A stretch of DNA of 49,861 bases from Chiloscyllium plagiosum. Lineage: Eukaryota. The stretch covers positions 9,693,350 to 9,743,210 of the forward strand of contig NC_057752.1 of assembly GCF_004010195.1 (NCBI RefSeq). The letters are read 5' to 3'. The position numbers and the translations under genes are program-made. The notes beneath the pieces are model-generated. The model saw only the letters and a program-made list of their open reading frames with translations. It was not told the DNA's origin and did not search any database. Below, piece by piece: positions 21,926 through 34,584 of the stretch (position 1 is the first letter of the stretch; each line of letters opens with the position of its first letter).

Positions 21926-24900
21926 AAACTGGAAAGAGGGGCAGGTCGATATTAACAGGACCAGTGCAACCATCATGGATTCCACAATGCAAGTACAACA
22001 ACGATTCACCTGTCACTCTGCTTACCTACTGTTCAGAGACCCCAGCCCTGCACTGGATCAGCACGTAAGCTGGCAATAAGATCAGAGATGGTTATAATAT
22101 CTCCTACCTGCTGACACTGACTATCTACATGATGTGTGGCTACTCAGAATTAGAACAATACCCCAATGGAAGGAAATTAATTGTCTGTTTGCTTTGATCA
22201 GGAAAAGCCACAAATTCAGCCAGAATTCTCAAGGATTGTCCCTGACTCATGAGAGGCTAACTATCAGGAAACTGAAGTTCAAACCAGAGCTGCAGCGCTT
22301 CAGCTATTACTGATGTCATCTGATCTGAAAGTTATTGGACTGGAATTCTATTCTTGTACCAGAACCGTGGCTGAGTCAGACTAGAGTTGAGTCAGACCAT
22401 CCAGCAAGATACATACTGAGGAAATGAAATCCAATTATGTATAACCCTTGACAGCAACAAAGCCCTCTCATAAAATAAAAACATTCCCAGTATGCAGCAT
22501 TTCAATTTTTTGCGTTTGAAGTAAATAAAAAGACAAACTCATCAACGGTTCAAACATATGAACACTCGGAGAAGACAGGGTACCTCGCAAACTATGAGCT
22601 CACATCAAAATATCAACAGTGGTGGATCTATGGGTTTCCAATGATCACTAGTCACACTTGGAGTCAGCAAAAATCTACCCATCTAATATTTTCCAGTCCT
22701 ATGGGGTCCCCTTTTTTGTTTCACATTCCGATTGAGTTGTTACTTCCCGTTCTCTCCCCCCTTCCTGCTGCAGGTGGTGAACTTTCGCTGGGCTTCTGCA
22801 GACAGCTGACACTCTCCAACCTCAAAAACCAATCATTTCAGAAATTGAATTTCAGGTCATTCTCTGCCCTCAAGAGATCCTTGATCCATTCACTGAATAG
22901 TACAGCTCATTCCTGACCCTTCCAATGTGTTAGTAATACCAATGTCAGAGGCTATCAATTTGATAGATCTTGGGCCTGGCCAGCCACATCCTTCTCTATA
23001 TCGTTTTAACTCAAGATAGTTTAATCTGATCAAATCTCACTTACTTCAACCTGCTTAATATCATTGCAATTGTGTGCCTCCCTTGTAGATGCCTTACAAA
23101 AAGTACCATGTCATGAAACTAGTATAAGAGACTCTCCCCACTGGCTATGGTCAAAGTTACATCACAAGGGTTAATGACATGCACAACTGGTAAAGGTTGG
23201 GCACTACCAGGTGTCTGATGGTAATGGCTCCCACTCAAAATCAATTAACTGATCTTTCTCTTTCAGACACTGATTGACCTGCTGTACAATTCTAGTGTTT
23301 GCTGATGCTATGTAGAACAGGTGAACAGGGTGCTCAGTACAGAGCATACATCTGACATTGTGTGGCAACTCAAATGTTATCACAATTACACAGCTCTCCC
23401 TGGAGGTATTCCAAGCTTGGTTGATGCTCAATAACTACAAAGCTGAAAAAACACTTTTCACAAAAGAGCTTCCATCTCACTGGAGAAGCTTCAGGCTATT
23501 CCACATCTAACAATCTGCTCTGAAAAATCTGCTCACATTTAGACAGCTGTAATCAATTATACCACATGAGCTGAAACAGTCCACAACATACTTTTTAAAA
23601 AAACAATATGCCCTATCTCCAAATGTTAATGGATCCTTTAAAAATTTCCAGGACTCACATCTTTGCCAGAAACAAATTCATTCCTCCTTGCGTCAGCTGC
23701 TGCGTACCAAGTTTTATTGAAAGTGTTTGAGGTAAATTGTTTACAGACAGATACACAGACAGACAAGAGTGAAAGCAATACCCCCACTAACATTCAGTGA
23801 TGGAGGTAATAAATGAAACTCTAATTGTATATCATGTTTGGCTCCACGTGCCCATCTTTTCACAACTGTCCATATTTCCAAGATTTTCCCCAGAAGTTAC
23901 TGCTGGTTAATAGCTCTTTTGGTGCCATGTTCCCTTCAGTAGCTCATTCCAGGTCGCCATTCTAGATGTGAGCCAAGAAGGCGAAAACAGGCTATTCTGT
24001 CAGGAGTGGATCATGGACAGGCTAGCACTCGGCACTCACTTTCCAGCAGAGATCAATGGATAGCAATCAGGAGCTAGGACTCCAGCCAGTATTTCTTCAG
24101 CTTCTGAGCCCAAGCATACTTGAGTTCATCTAAAGCACATTGGTAGGTCCCAGACTCAATTCTCTGTGTAAAGTTAGCATGGCAAACTGGTTGCTATAAC
24201 TGGTCTCAGCAATTTGGATGAGAAAGGTTCATATCAGTTCAGGATTTTGTTCCCAACTGCTATGTGATAACACTGCCTAGAAAGTGCTTGTGAATGTGAG
24301 GACAAGATCAGGAGCAGCAGTGTAGGAGCACCGAACAGCCTTCTGCCAACAAGCAATGTTAACAAATCTCACCCTGGTGGGACACCCAGGGGGTTGAGTA
24401 GAACTCAGGCACTGAGCCGACTGCTGCTCCCCCAATGGCTTCAAAGAGGAAAACTGGGCAGAGCGTAAAACCAGGCTAATCCTCAATCCAATCAGTTTCC
24501 GAAGGGGTGGGTTAGGTCAAAAGTGCACCCACGCATCATAACTCAGTCACAAAGAATGGCCATTTGGTTGTGGCTTTGGAGGGCTGCTGGCAGCTGTGAA
24601 AATTTACCCCAGCACTAGCCAGCAGCTTCAGAGGAGTTGGGAGGGAAGGGGGTGGAGAACAACAGGGAACGAAACATTTCTCCTCGAGTGTGCTCCTGCT
24701 GCTAAAGAACACTTCTCAAGCATGCAGCTGGCCTCAGAGAGCTCGGCTTTGACTTTCCTTCAACTTCCTGTGAGGAACCATCTGTCTGATTTTATAATGG
24801 GGCAACTGTACACTTTGTCCGCCCGTGGGAAGAAATATTGGGAATTCCGGTCTTACAGTGGATAGAAAACGTTGAGGGACATGTGCCTGATTTTCCTGGT

Positions 24901-25129
24901 GTACCATCCTAGCAGAGAGGCTCTGCAACAAGAACAGGCTTCTGTAAAATGACTCACTTTTGGTTTTCTATATTATTATTCTCCCAATGCAGTTGGGAAA
25001 TGCTAAAATTTTGGTGTTTAGGTTTTTACCATATTAGGAACAGAGTGTTTTACCCGAAGAAATCTGTACAATGTTTGTTTTGTCTGTGCCTCTGCCTCAG
25101 CTTCCTCCCAGAAAAGCAGCTACAATCAA

Positions 25130-25412
25130 TTAAACCGAGGTCTTGTCTCCTCCTGCAGTTGAACATAAAAGATCCTGTGATATTCTTTCAATGATGAGCA
25201 GGAGAATTGTCCCTGCTGATGTGGCCATTACTCAACCAACAACACTGAACACATCACTTGGTCATAAGCAGATTACTGTCTGTGAGAGTCTGCTATGTGT
25301 GAATTTCCTACATTACAACAGTGACTACACTTCAGAAGTAATCCATTGGCTGTAAAACACTTGGGAACATCCTGTGGTCATGAAAGGCGCTATGTCAATG
25401 TAATTCTTTCTT
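25130..25412 (+). mobile_element. Deu-domain SINE, 3' part
   Basis: TTAAACCGAGGTC...ATAAAAGATCCTGTG...TTTCCTACATTACAACAGTGACTACACTTCAGAAGTAATCCATTGGCTGTAAAACACTTGGGAACATCCTG...GAAAGGCGCTAT. Confidence 0.75.
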
Positions 25413-25521
25413 TTGTTCTCTAGGCACACAAAGCAGAATCCATCCAGCACATGGTGTAAATTATAGCAGAGCAGCTTTGGTTCTCCGTACAAGTGGAGCT
25501 CATTTCAGACAGCAACTGACG

Positions 25522-26538
25522 AGGAGCTGAGCTAGCCTGTTGGAACACAAATTGAGCTTCAATGTGTAGGTTATTGCTGAATGTTGGCAGAGCAGTTATT
25601 GTTGAAGCAGCGGAAAGGACCAAGACAAACCGAAGAGGAACAGCGAAAACGTAAGCGCAAAACCACATTCCCTTCTAAAATATTCTCACAAGAGCAGGCT
25701 TTGCTGAGGTTTTCCTACAATAAGTAATGTTTCACAATAAGGAGCCAATATTGAAGAAAGTGACTGGAAAGGTGATCCGGTACGTGGAGATGTTCTGCTG
25801 AACAGAGCAATATTCAATTCTATAAAAGTTTAGTTCCAAAACTCAGATGGACTTGGCTGGTAAATATAAATATAAAGCAATTTCTCACGAAGATGGACAG
25901 AAATGGTGGAGTCACAGTTAACTCCCGTGACTCCTGAAGGCTGTTTATAGGAGAGCACTGAAACAAACAAGCAAAAGCTGACCAGTTGTCTTAACTTTCA
26001 GCTGTAAATTCAAAAGGAGGATCAGAATGCAAGAAAATATGAAAAATATTATGACTGAATAATCTGGTTTGAGGAATAAAACATGAGAAACATCATGGTT
26101 TTTTTCCTCCTCTTTTCTAAGTTCCCAAGTACAAAACACAGGCTGGTCAAGACAGCAGCCAAGTACCCTGCCAGTAGGCCCTGCTGGGGTTATCTACAAA
26201 GCCTTGCTGAAAAGCGATTATCAAACGTGTGATGATTGCCTAAAACTCCACTCGTATGCGGCTGTCTGGCCGCAACTTAGCACATCATCACGGGAACACA
26301 GATTGGAATTCAGCATGTATGTGAACTACTCCAGACTACTCTGCGTTGGCAACTGAATGTGCCACACTGTTCCACTCACTCCCAATACCAAATGGGAGGT
26401 TGGTTTTGCGCTTACGTTTTCACTGTTCCTCTTCGGTTTGTCTTGGTCCTTTCTGCTGCTTCAACAATAACTGCTCTGCCAACATTCAGCAATAACATTG
26501 AAGCTCAATTTGTGTTCCAACAGGCTAGCTCAGTTCCT
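25522..26538. repeat. Long inverted repeat: arms 25522-25665 and 26401-26538, with a 735-bp spacer
   Basis: The arms are reverse complements differing by 3 substitutions and one 6-nt indel. The ORF track shows the same peptide (WFCAYVF.VPLRFVLVLSAASTITALPTFSNN) on both strands. Confidence 0.97.
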
Positions 26539-26559
26539 AACACCCTTAACAGCCTTGGT

Positions 26560-27710
26560 GTAAACATGGGACAAAAGAGCTGGATTCAAGAAGGGAAGTG
26601 AGGGAAACTGGCCTTGACATCTAAGCGGTATTTGACCAAGTGTGGCATCATGGTGCCTTAGCAAATCAGGGGGAATACTCACTGCTGCTTGGAGTCATGT
26701 TTGATACAAAGGAAAGTGGTTGTGGTTGTTGGAGGTCAGTCATCTCAGCTCCACGACATCTCTGCAGGAGTTCCTCAGGGTAGTGTCCTAGGCCCAACCA
26801 TTTTCAACTGCTTCATCAATGACCTTCCCTCCATCATAAGGTCAGAAATGGGGATGTTTGCTGATTTTTAGACAATGCTCAATACCATTCGCGACTCCTC
26901 AAATACTGAAGCAGTCAATCTTCAAATGCAGCAATACCTGGACAACATCCAGGTACTGGCTGACAGGTTGCAAGTAACATTTGCGCCACACAAGTGCCAG
27001 GCAATGACACCTCCAACAAGAGAGAGCTCACCATTGCCCCTCAACATTCAATAGCATTACTATCATGGAATCCTCCACCATCAACATGACAGGGGTCACT
27101 ATTGAGCAGAAACTGAACTGGAGCAGCCCTGTAAATACTGCAGCTGCAAAAGCAGGTCAAAGGCTAGGAATTCTGCAGTGGGTAACTCACTTCCTGTCAC
27201 CCCAATGCCTGTCCACCATCCACAAGGAACAAGTCAGGAGTGTGACAGAATACTCTCCACCCGTCTGGAATGAGTGCAGCTCCAACAACATTCAAGAACA
27301 CTATCCAGGACAAAGCTGCCCTCTCCATTGGCATACCATCTAATACTTTCAACATTCACTTCTTGCAGCACCGACTCACAGTAGCAGAAGTGTACACCAG
27401 CTGCAAGATGCACTGCAGTGAGTCACCAAGGTTCCTTCAACAACACCTACCAAGTCTGCAATCTCTACCACTGAGAAAGACTGGGGCAGCTCCTAGCCCC
27501 ACACCATCTTGACTTGAAACTATATTGCCATCCCTTCAATTGTTCCTTGGTCAAAAATCTTGTAATTCATTCCCTTGTGGGTCTACTTACAGCACACAGA
27601 CTGGTTCAAGAAGACAGCTCACCTTCACCTTCTCAAAGCAATTAATGTTACGACAACAAATGTTGGCCTTGCCAGCGATACCCACATTACATGAAGGAAT
27701 TTTTAAAAAC
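26560..27710 (+). mobile_element. CR1/L2-group LINE (family B), RT and 3' end
   Basis: ALDI*AVFDQVWHHG, DISAGVPQGSVLGPTIFNCFINDLP, GMFAD and QVTFAPHKCQAM motifs. The tail is GGCCTTGCCAGCGATACCCACATTACATGAAGGAAT. Confidence 0.92.
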
Positions 27711-29499
27711 TAGAAATGTCACAGATTCTATTCCCAGATGTGCTGAGTCAATCACTTCCAGCCTGGGTAACAATAGCAACGATACTGTTGTCCTCAAGTG
27801 TGGACATCAACAGAGGACAGTAAAGTTAAAAAAAAAAAAATCTGTATACCCTAATAGAAAATTTCCAGGGAGTCAACTTGATCTTGTGGGGACAGGTCTT
27901 TTCACTGAGCCTGAAGGCTATAGCTTCAAGTTCAGCTCAAGACTTGAGCACATAATCCAAACGGACACTTTCCAGCTGTTTGTAGGATTTTGCTGTGCTC
28001 TAAACGTTTGCTGCATTTTCCTACGTAGCAGCAACCATTGCAATTCATAGGATGTGAAGTAACTTGAGGTGTTGTCAAGAGATGCAATTTGGGGTTAACA
28101 AGTCTTGCTATTACCAAGTGTCTTCTATTTAATGCATAGTGGATTCTCTACATACCTAACAAATGTCTTCGCTATACAGCATAATTCCAATTTTTGTATA
28201 CTATATTTAACATACACTAAATAATATACATTTATTTCAGAAATCAATAGAATGCCATTTTAATTGAAAGTGTTCAACATTAATGGATTATGTTCTTTAA
28301 ATCTTTAGCTTCATTTTTGTCACAACATCCTTGCAGCAGTTACCATCTGTCATTTGTTTTAAAATGGAGACAACTCCCCACCCCCACCCTCCAATGATTC
28401 AGTGAATAAAACTCAGTGAAGAACAGAACCATACAAATCACAGGATTCCACGTTTCTGCTGAATTCCCAGACACAGTGACAGCAAAAGCTGCGAGTGCCC
28501 TTGGCCTAAAAAAAAAATCAACCACGCCACTGTCTCCTGATCACTACCCTGTGACTCCTGCTGAAATCTATATAAACATGGACACTGAGCAGACAACAGG
28601 GCTAGCCTCAGTTGTGACGTTGCTCTATGGCTAAATTGCTTCCCGGCACTCACTTTCCACATTCACTCATTCAGGATGGTCACTTTGATTTAGGATGGTA
28701 AGGGTGGTCAGTGCTCATTAACTTTTAACCCAACATAAGTCAGAAAGTGAGAAGACTGGAGAAAGGGAGAGAAAACAGTTTTTGTTTTACACAGAATAAT
28801 TAAGATCTGTGAATGTATGGCTCTGATTTTCATTTTCTGCCTCGCTAGAAAGAAGGCAAAGACATGTTATACCGTGACCAAGGTTACCCCAGGTTCTGCA
28901 GAGTGAGCCAAAAAGGTAAAGTGTGCTTGTTGATACTGCTGCCTTTCCCCTCTTCTGATTCTAACCTCCACCTGATGGAAATGAGGAGCTTACTCTGCGA
29001 GGAATCCCAAGGAATAGACCCACGGCCCTCAGTCAGTGCTGCAACATCTCCGAGGCTGGCTTTCAGGTAAGACACTTGTTGGGATTTCTTCTGATACTGG
29101 ACTACACATTTGTAAAACTTATGAGGGCAATGATGTCACGGACCCACCTCACTACTGACATCGTGGAACTGAAAGTCTGGTTGTAAGGCAGGATTGAGAG
29201 AGCTTGGCTCTTCCTCGCAACCAAATTCTATTTTTTTTTAAGTCTGGCTTTCCCTTTCTTTTGACAATTTTTTTTAAAACCCTGAAGTATCTGCAAGGTT
29301 ACCTAATCAATGTCTGTCAGTCCTGAAGCCCCATGTAATTTTTCACAAAGATTGATTAAGGGGTTAAATTATAACCTGAGGGGGCAGGAACGAGAGGCAA
29401 AGGTGGGAAATCCGCAAAGGATTTCAACTTTCTTAAAAGATTCAACTTTGGTAACTTTAAACAGCTGCTGTCTCCAAGCAGATTTCTAGACTACTATAA

Positions 29500-30100
29500 G
29501 CAAGATCAATATCAAAGCGACAAACCACGTTGCTACAATCCAGTCGCAAACGCATAAACAGCTTAGTACTGTAAATAAAAACCACAATTGCTTGTGCATA
29601 CAACTGTGCGTGTCCCAAACTGTTGTCACTTGTGTGTGTTATTAACGCTCAGCTCGAATATTAGTCGATGTGCTACAGGAACAGGACGGTTGCTAGGATC
29701 CTGCGAGCCCTCTTTGTATGTAAACGAGAGCGAGCGGACTCTACGACCCAGTGGGATGCCCAGGAGCCAGCCGCAGGAGGAAGTGATACAAGCACAAGGG
29801 AGAGAGAAAAAAGATACAAAACTGCACAGCAATCACACGCACGCATGCTGATCCCCAAACTGCTGCCGGCCCGATCTGAGGGGTTTTAAAAGCCGATCGG
29901 AGGAAGTACCCCGGTCACATTACTCACCTAGCCATTCAGCTCATCCCTAGCCGGGCGCGGAGCTCTGCGACCAGCCAGAAATGGCAAAGTTTGGTGAATT
30001 TCGCAGAGAGTCAGTTTCACCCCCTCTTCAGGCAGGTGGCTGAGACTAATGACGTCAGTCAGTTCTGACCCACAGCATCATCTGCATAAATTTGACTTTG
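29500..30100. promoter_or_regulatory. CpG-rich putative promoter with a full CRE (TGACGTCA, 30050-30057) and ETS-like GGAAGT motifs
   Basis: CpG density is visibly higher than elsewhere in this CpG-depleted window. The region has no TEs, is flanked by an AT-rich tract (30230-30650) and contains a splice donor on the minus strand. Confidence 0.65.
29928..29935 (-). CDS. Candidate first coding exon end, ATG GCT AG|gtgagt (Met-Ala-Ser/Arg), of an unidentified gene
   Basis: A near-consensus donor AG|GTGAGT sits inside the CpG-rich region, about 120 bp downstream (minus strand) of the CRE. The ATG has +4G. Coding status is unproven. Confidence 0.4.
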
Positions 30101-32377
30101 TAAAGAAAGATTACCATCTACTCATTAACATGCAGCCATTGTACAGCATCCTCCGCTGGTACACATCGCGACAAAATTCAGAATTGTTGCAATCAAATGC
30201 CTCCATTTTCCCTTTAACTTTAGAATGCAACTATTAATAGAGATATTTATATTAATCGCTTTTTAAAAATTACGCATGAGGAAATCACAATGGAAATTTA
30301 CATTAATCATATTTTTGCAGTTTAATTATATCTTTGAATTCCAAAAACTTGCTAGACATTACCAAATTCATTTTTTCTCATTTTTAATTGATTACAGTTC
30401 CATTTTATGTTCAATACTTACTCGAAAAAGGATGGCCAGATATTTTTCTGTAAATGTAGATTTTTTAAAAATTATCAACAACGGTTAAATAGATGTAGAT
30501 TGAAATTAATCAGTTTCGTTATCAATTTCTATATCATCGACATTTTTGCATTTTTTTCTGGTGTCAAGCGGTCTTTTTAATGTATTATAATTTATTGTTA
30601 ATTTATTAATTATCGAGGGGAACTGCATCAAAATAACTTATATAAACATAAAAGGGGAAGCAGTCCCTGTGTGGGACCTTTTGTAGACTTTACAGAAAAG
30701 GGTGGATTTACTTCCTTTGAGAGTTTTTTTTTCAGAGTTAGAATACGAAAGAAAGATCTGACGAACATGAATCAAAAGACTATATTCCAGATCGTAAAAA
30801 AAAAGTGAAACAAAAACTCCCGACCTCTTAACACGTCAAGTGACTATCGAGAATTAGAATTAATGGCTGAATTCACTGATAACAGTGACGGTGTTCCTCA
30901 GAATGTCAGGGTTGGGAAGGAGAAATATCAACTTTATCAGTACCCAGTGATCCCCTGGTTATCAGGTGGACATCAGCTGATGTCCAAACAGGAATCCCCC
31001 CCCTACACTCACCATTTTCCAGTTGAAAAATAGGCCTTTGGTAGAGGCAAAAGTGGACTGCTAACGTGTTTTGTTTTTCCCAATTGTCTCAACTCCTCTC
31101 CTGCTGAGTTGTAGTCCCACAAGCACTGGCTTTTCTAGCCGGCTCCAAATGGTCATCCTTCATGTGTCAACTTTTGGCAGACCATTTTCATGGGGGACAC
31201 TGTAGTAAAATCAAAAGCTGCCCTTTCCCAGCATCTGAACACACTATCCAGCAGAGGTCGCTGGAAAGTGATGAAGAGTGGGAACTGTGACTAATGTGGC
31301 TTCTCCCTAGCTCAGAGCCACTGAGATTGCTGATAGCACCGTTACTGCTGCCTGGCTGAACTCAGCGCAGATCAGAAACAAAATTTTTGTCTCCCCTCAT
31401 CTGCTTGGCTCACGTTCATAATAAGACCATACTCATCAATACAATAATTGGAAGAGCCTGGTAAATAAATTATTCTAATTGGCTAAACATTCTTAGGGAT
31501 GAGGGAGCACTCAACTCCATGGTACATTGTAAATGTCCTAGAAAAACAGGATTATAGTTACAGTTGAGAAAGTTATTTTTCTAATTTTGAAAATGAATGC
31601 ACCTCCAAAATCTGTTTCAGAAATCAAACATGAATAAAGAATTAAAATGAGTTTGTTCCTTTCAATTCATGTTTGGCCATGTTTCGGACTAGTTTTGAGC
31701 ATCATCTTTGATGCTGGTTTGGACGAGTGTATTGCCTGGCAATATGGTGAATGTGAGTTGACCAGTCACTAAGTCACAGTCATTCAGACCAGAGATTCTC
31801 CAGCACAGCCCCAATTCAATTTTTGCCACAACCGAGTTGACAGAGTTATTCTAACTGCAAGGTACTGGGTTGAAATGATCTAAACTCTGTCTCTCAGATC
31901 AAAGATGCTGCTTCCAGTGTCAGGTCAGACAACTGAATGTAAATTTGTATTCTTTTACAAATGCTTCTGTCATTTCAGCTCCCTCATATGGTTGAGCTCA
32001 GTAACTCCTCTATCAACATACTTCCTCACAGAAGTTTTTAGAACAATTCCATAAAGAAGGAAGATAAAAGAATGTTCAGATTTAGCGAGTGAGTTTTCCT
32101 AAAGTGACATTCCTTTAAGAAATCTTACCAAATTCTACACTTGCTACATGTGATGCAATTTGCAGCATAGAACCCCAACTTTCAGATGAAAGGGCCTGGG
32201 GTAGCAGAAGTGTTGGTTTCAGAGCCATAAACACCCAAGGTTATAAGTGATCACTTTCACCCTTTCAATTTACACAGAAGTTTATTCTCTCACAATTATA
32301 CATAATTCCTTATCAACAGGAATGTACTTTAAAAAGCTGCCTTTATTTTTATGAATTCTTCTTGACTAAACCCCCTC

Positions 32378-32462
32378 CAAGTTGAGAGTGTGGTGCTGGA
32401 AAACCACAGCAGGACAGGCAGCATCTAAGGAGCAGGAGAATCGACGTTTCGGACATAAGCCC
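32378..32462 (-). mobile_element. Short PLE-derived repeat, truncated within the hammerhead motif
   Basis: Shares GCTGGAAAA.CACAGCAGG.CAGGCAGCATC..AGGAGCAGGAGAATCGACGTTTCGG with the other copies. Possible CCCCCTC TSD. Confidence 0.8.
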
Positions 32463-32811
32463 CCTCTTTTACTGTTTTAAACTCACTCCCTTGAATTGAG
32501 TCATTTGGCCTTTCCTAATCTGAATCAGTTTTCTATCCAATGTCACCAACCACCCAACCACACCAACAAGCCAATCTCCCTCTCTCTGATTCTAGTTGCT
32601 GGAAGGTGTGTGGCAAGTGTCTGGAGTGATGACCTCTCCTTCTACAAGCTGCCTGCAAACAGAAAATCAGCAGCTCTCAACTTTATATATGAGCAATGCA
32701 ATCACTTCAAGTGCTGCAGGTAAGGGTGGAGGTGAAACAGATTTTTCTCACCAGCGCCTTTACTTCACTGCACTTTCCCTGAAGCACCGGCACAAAACTA
32801 GGAGAAGAAAT

Positions 32812-34056
32812 AAAGCTGAAAATGCGTTGCTGGAAAAGCGCAGCAGGTCAGGCAGCATCCAAGGAGCAGGAGAATCGACGTTTCGGACATGAGCCCTTCT
32901 TCAGGAATGAGGAAAATGTGTCCAGCAGGCTAAGATAAAAGGTAGGGAGGAGGAACTTGGGGGAGGGGTGTTGGANNNNNNNNNNNNNNNNNNNNNNNNN
33001 NNNNNNNNNNNNNNNNNNNNNNNNNNNNNNNNNNNNNNNNNNNNNNNNNNNNNNNNNNNNNNNNNNNNNNNNNNNNNNNNNNNNNNNNNNNNNNNNNNNN
33101 NNNNNNNNNNNNNNNNNNNNNNNNNNNNNNNNNNNNNNNNNNNNNNNNNNNNNNNNNNNNNNNNNNNNNNNNNNNNNNNNNNNNNNNNNNNNNNNNNNNN
33201 NNNNNNNNNNNNNNNNNNNNNNNNNNNNNNNNNNNNNNNNNNNNNNNNNNNNNNNNNNNNNNNNNNNNNNNNNNNNNNNNNNNNNNNNNNNNNNNNNNNN
33301 NNNNNNNNNNNNNNNNNNNNNNNNNNNNNNNNNNNNNNNNNNNNNNNNNNNNNNNNNNNNNNNNNNNNNNNNNNNNNNNNNNNNNNNNNNNNNNNNNNNN
33401 NNNNNNNNNNNNNNNNNNNNNNNNNNNNNNNNNNNNNNNNNNNNNNNNNNNNNNNNNNNNNNNNNNNNNNNNNNNNNNNNNNNNNNNNNNNNNNNNNNNN
33501 NNNNNNNNNNNNNNNNNNNNNNNNNNNNNNNNNNNNNNNNNNNNNNNNNNNNNNNNNNNNNNNNNNNNNNNNNNNNNNNNNNNNNNNNNNNNNNNNNNNN
33601 NNNNNNNNNNNNNNNNNNNNNNNNNNNNNNNNNNNNNNNNNNNNNNNNNNNNNNNNNNNNNNNNNNNNNNNNNNNNNNNNNNNNNNNNNNNNNNNNNNNN
33701 NNNNNNNNNNNNNNNNNNNNNNNNNNNNNNNNNNNNNNNNNNNNNNNNNNNNNNNNNNNNNNNNNNNNNNNNNNNNNNNNNNNNNNNNNNNNNNNNNNNN
33801 NNNNNNNNNNNNNNNNNNNNTTGCTATGGTCTGGCGATGGAGGAGTCCAAGGACCTGCATTGTCTGGCGATGGAGGAGTCCCTCCTCCCTACCTTTTATC
33901 TTAGCCTGCTGGACACACTTTCCTCATTCCTGAAGAAGGGCTCATGCCCGAAACGTCGATTCTCCTGCTCCTTGGATGCTGCCTGACCTGCTGCGCTTTT
34001 CCAGTAACACATTTTCAGCTCTGATCTCCAGCATCTGCAGTCCTCACTTTCTCCTC
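32812..34056. mobile_element. Penelope-like insertion with inverted pseudo-LTRs flanking a gap (32976-33820)
   Basis: 32814-32953 is the reverse complement of 33881-34020, and each arm carries a hammerhead-like core. The flanking direct repeat GAAGAAAT occurs at 32804-32811 and 34057-34064. Confidence 0.8.
33928..33960 (+). ncRNA. Minimal hammerhead ribozyme motif (best-preserved copy)
   Basis: CTGAAGA-A-GGGC-TCAT-GCCC-GAAA-CGTC: CUGANGA box, perfect 4-bp stem II, GAAA, palindromic ACGT stem III and a GUC triplet. Stem I is weak. Confidence 0.65.
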
Positions 34057-34584
34057 GAAGAAATTTAGCTGATGTGTTGACTGGAGTTGTCATATCAGTA
34101 AAAGGAGACTATACACCTGTCCAGCTCATCTACAAGGATTGACTCGTTTATTATTGACTCGATGTTTAAGTTCACTTGTTTTCCAGATGGGAGCATTAAT
34201 GGAGGTGCAGTGTGGATCAAACCTTGCTGGGTTAGATCAAGAGTACGTAATGCTGACACTCAGTTGTTGCAGTGAGGAAGTAAGTCATTCTCCAACACTG
34301 ACTTCCTTATACGTAATGCACAAAACTAAAATAAATGAAACTCAGGATTAGAATTGACAAGTTACAAGTTGTGATTGTCATCTTGAAAAGTCTGAAATTA
34401 CATTTGTGCTATTCCTGTTAGCAATGAATGACACAAATAAAAATGTTCCTTTTTGTCCCCTAATATTTTCCTCTGGTCTCTTTGTTGGACCGAGATTCCA
34501 CAAGTACCTGCTATCTTCTGGTTCCATTACCTAATGTTCTTTCTACTACATGGTTTGGTCTTGGTCGCTCTTTCTTCACAACTC

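Noticed and set aside
7495..33933. Long ORFs of 170-380 aa containing X runs
   Set aside because: They are artefacts of reading through the N gaps at 7504-8003, 19832-20634 and 32976-33820.
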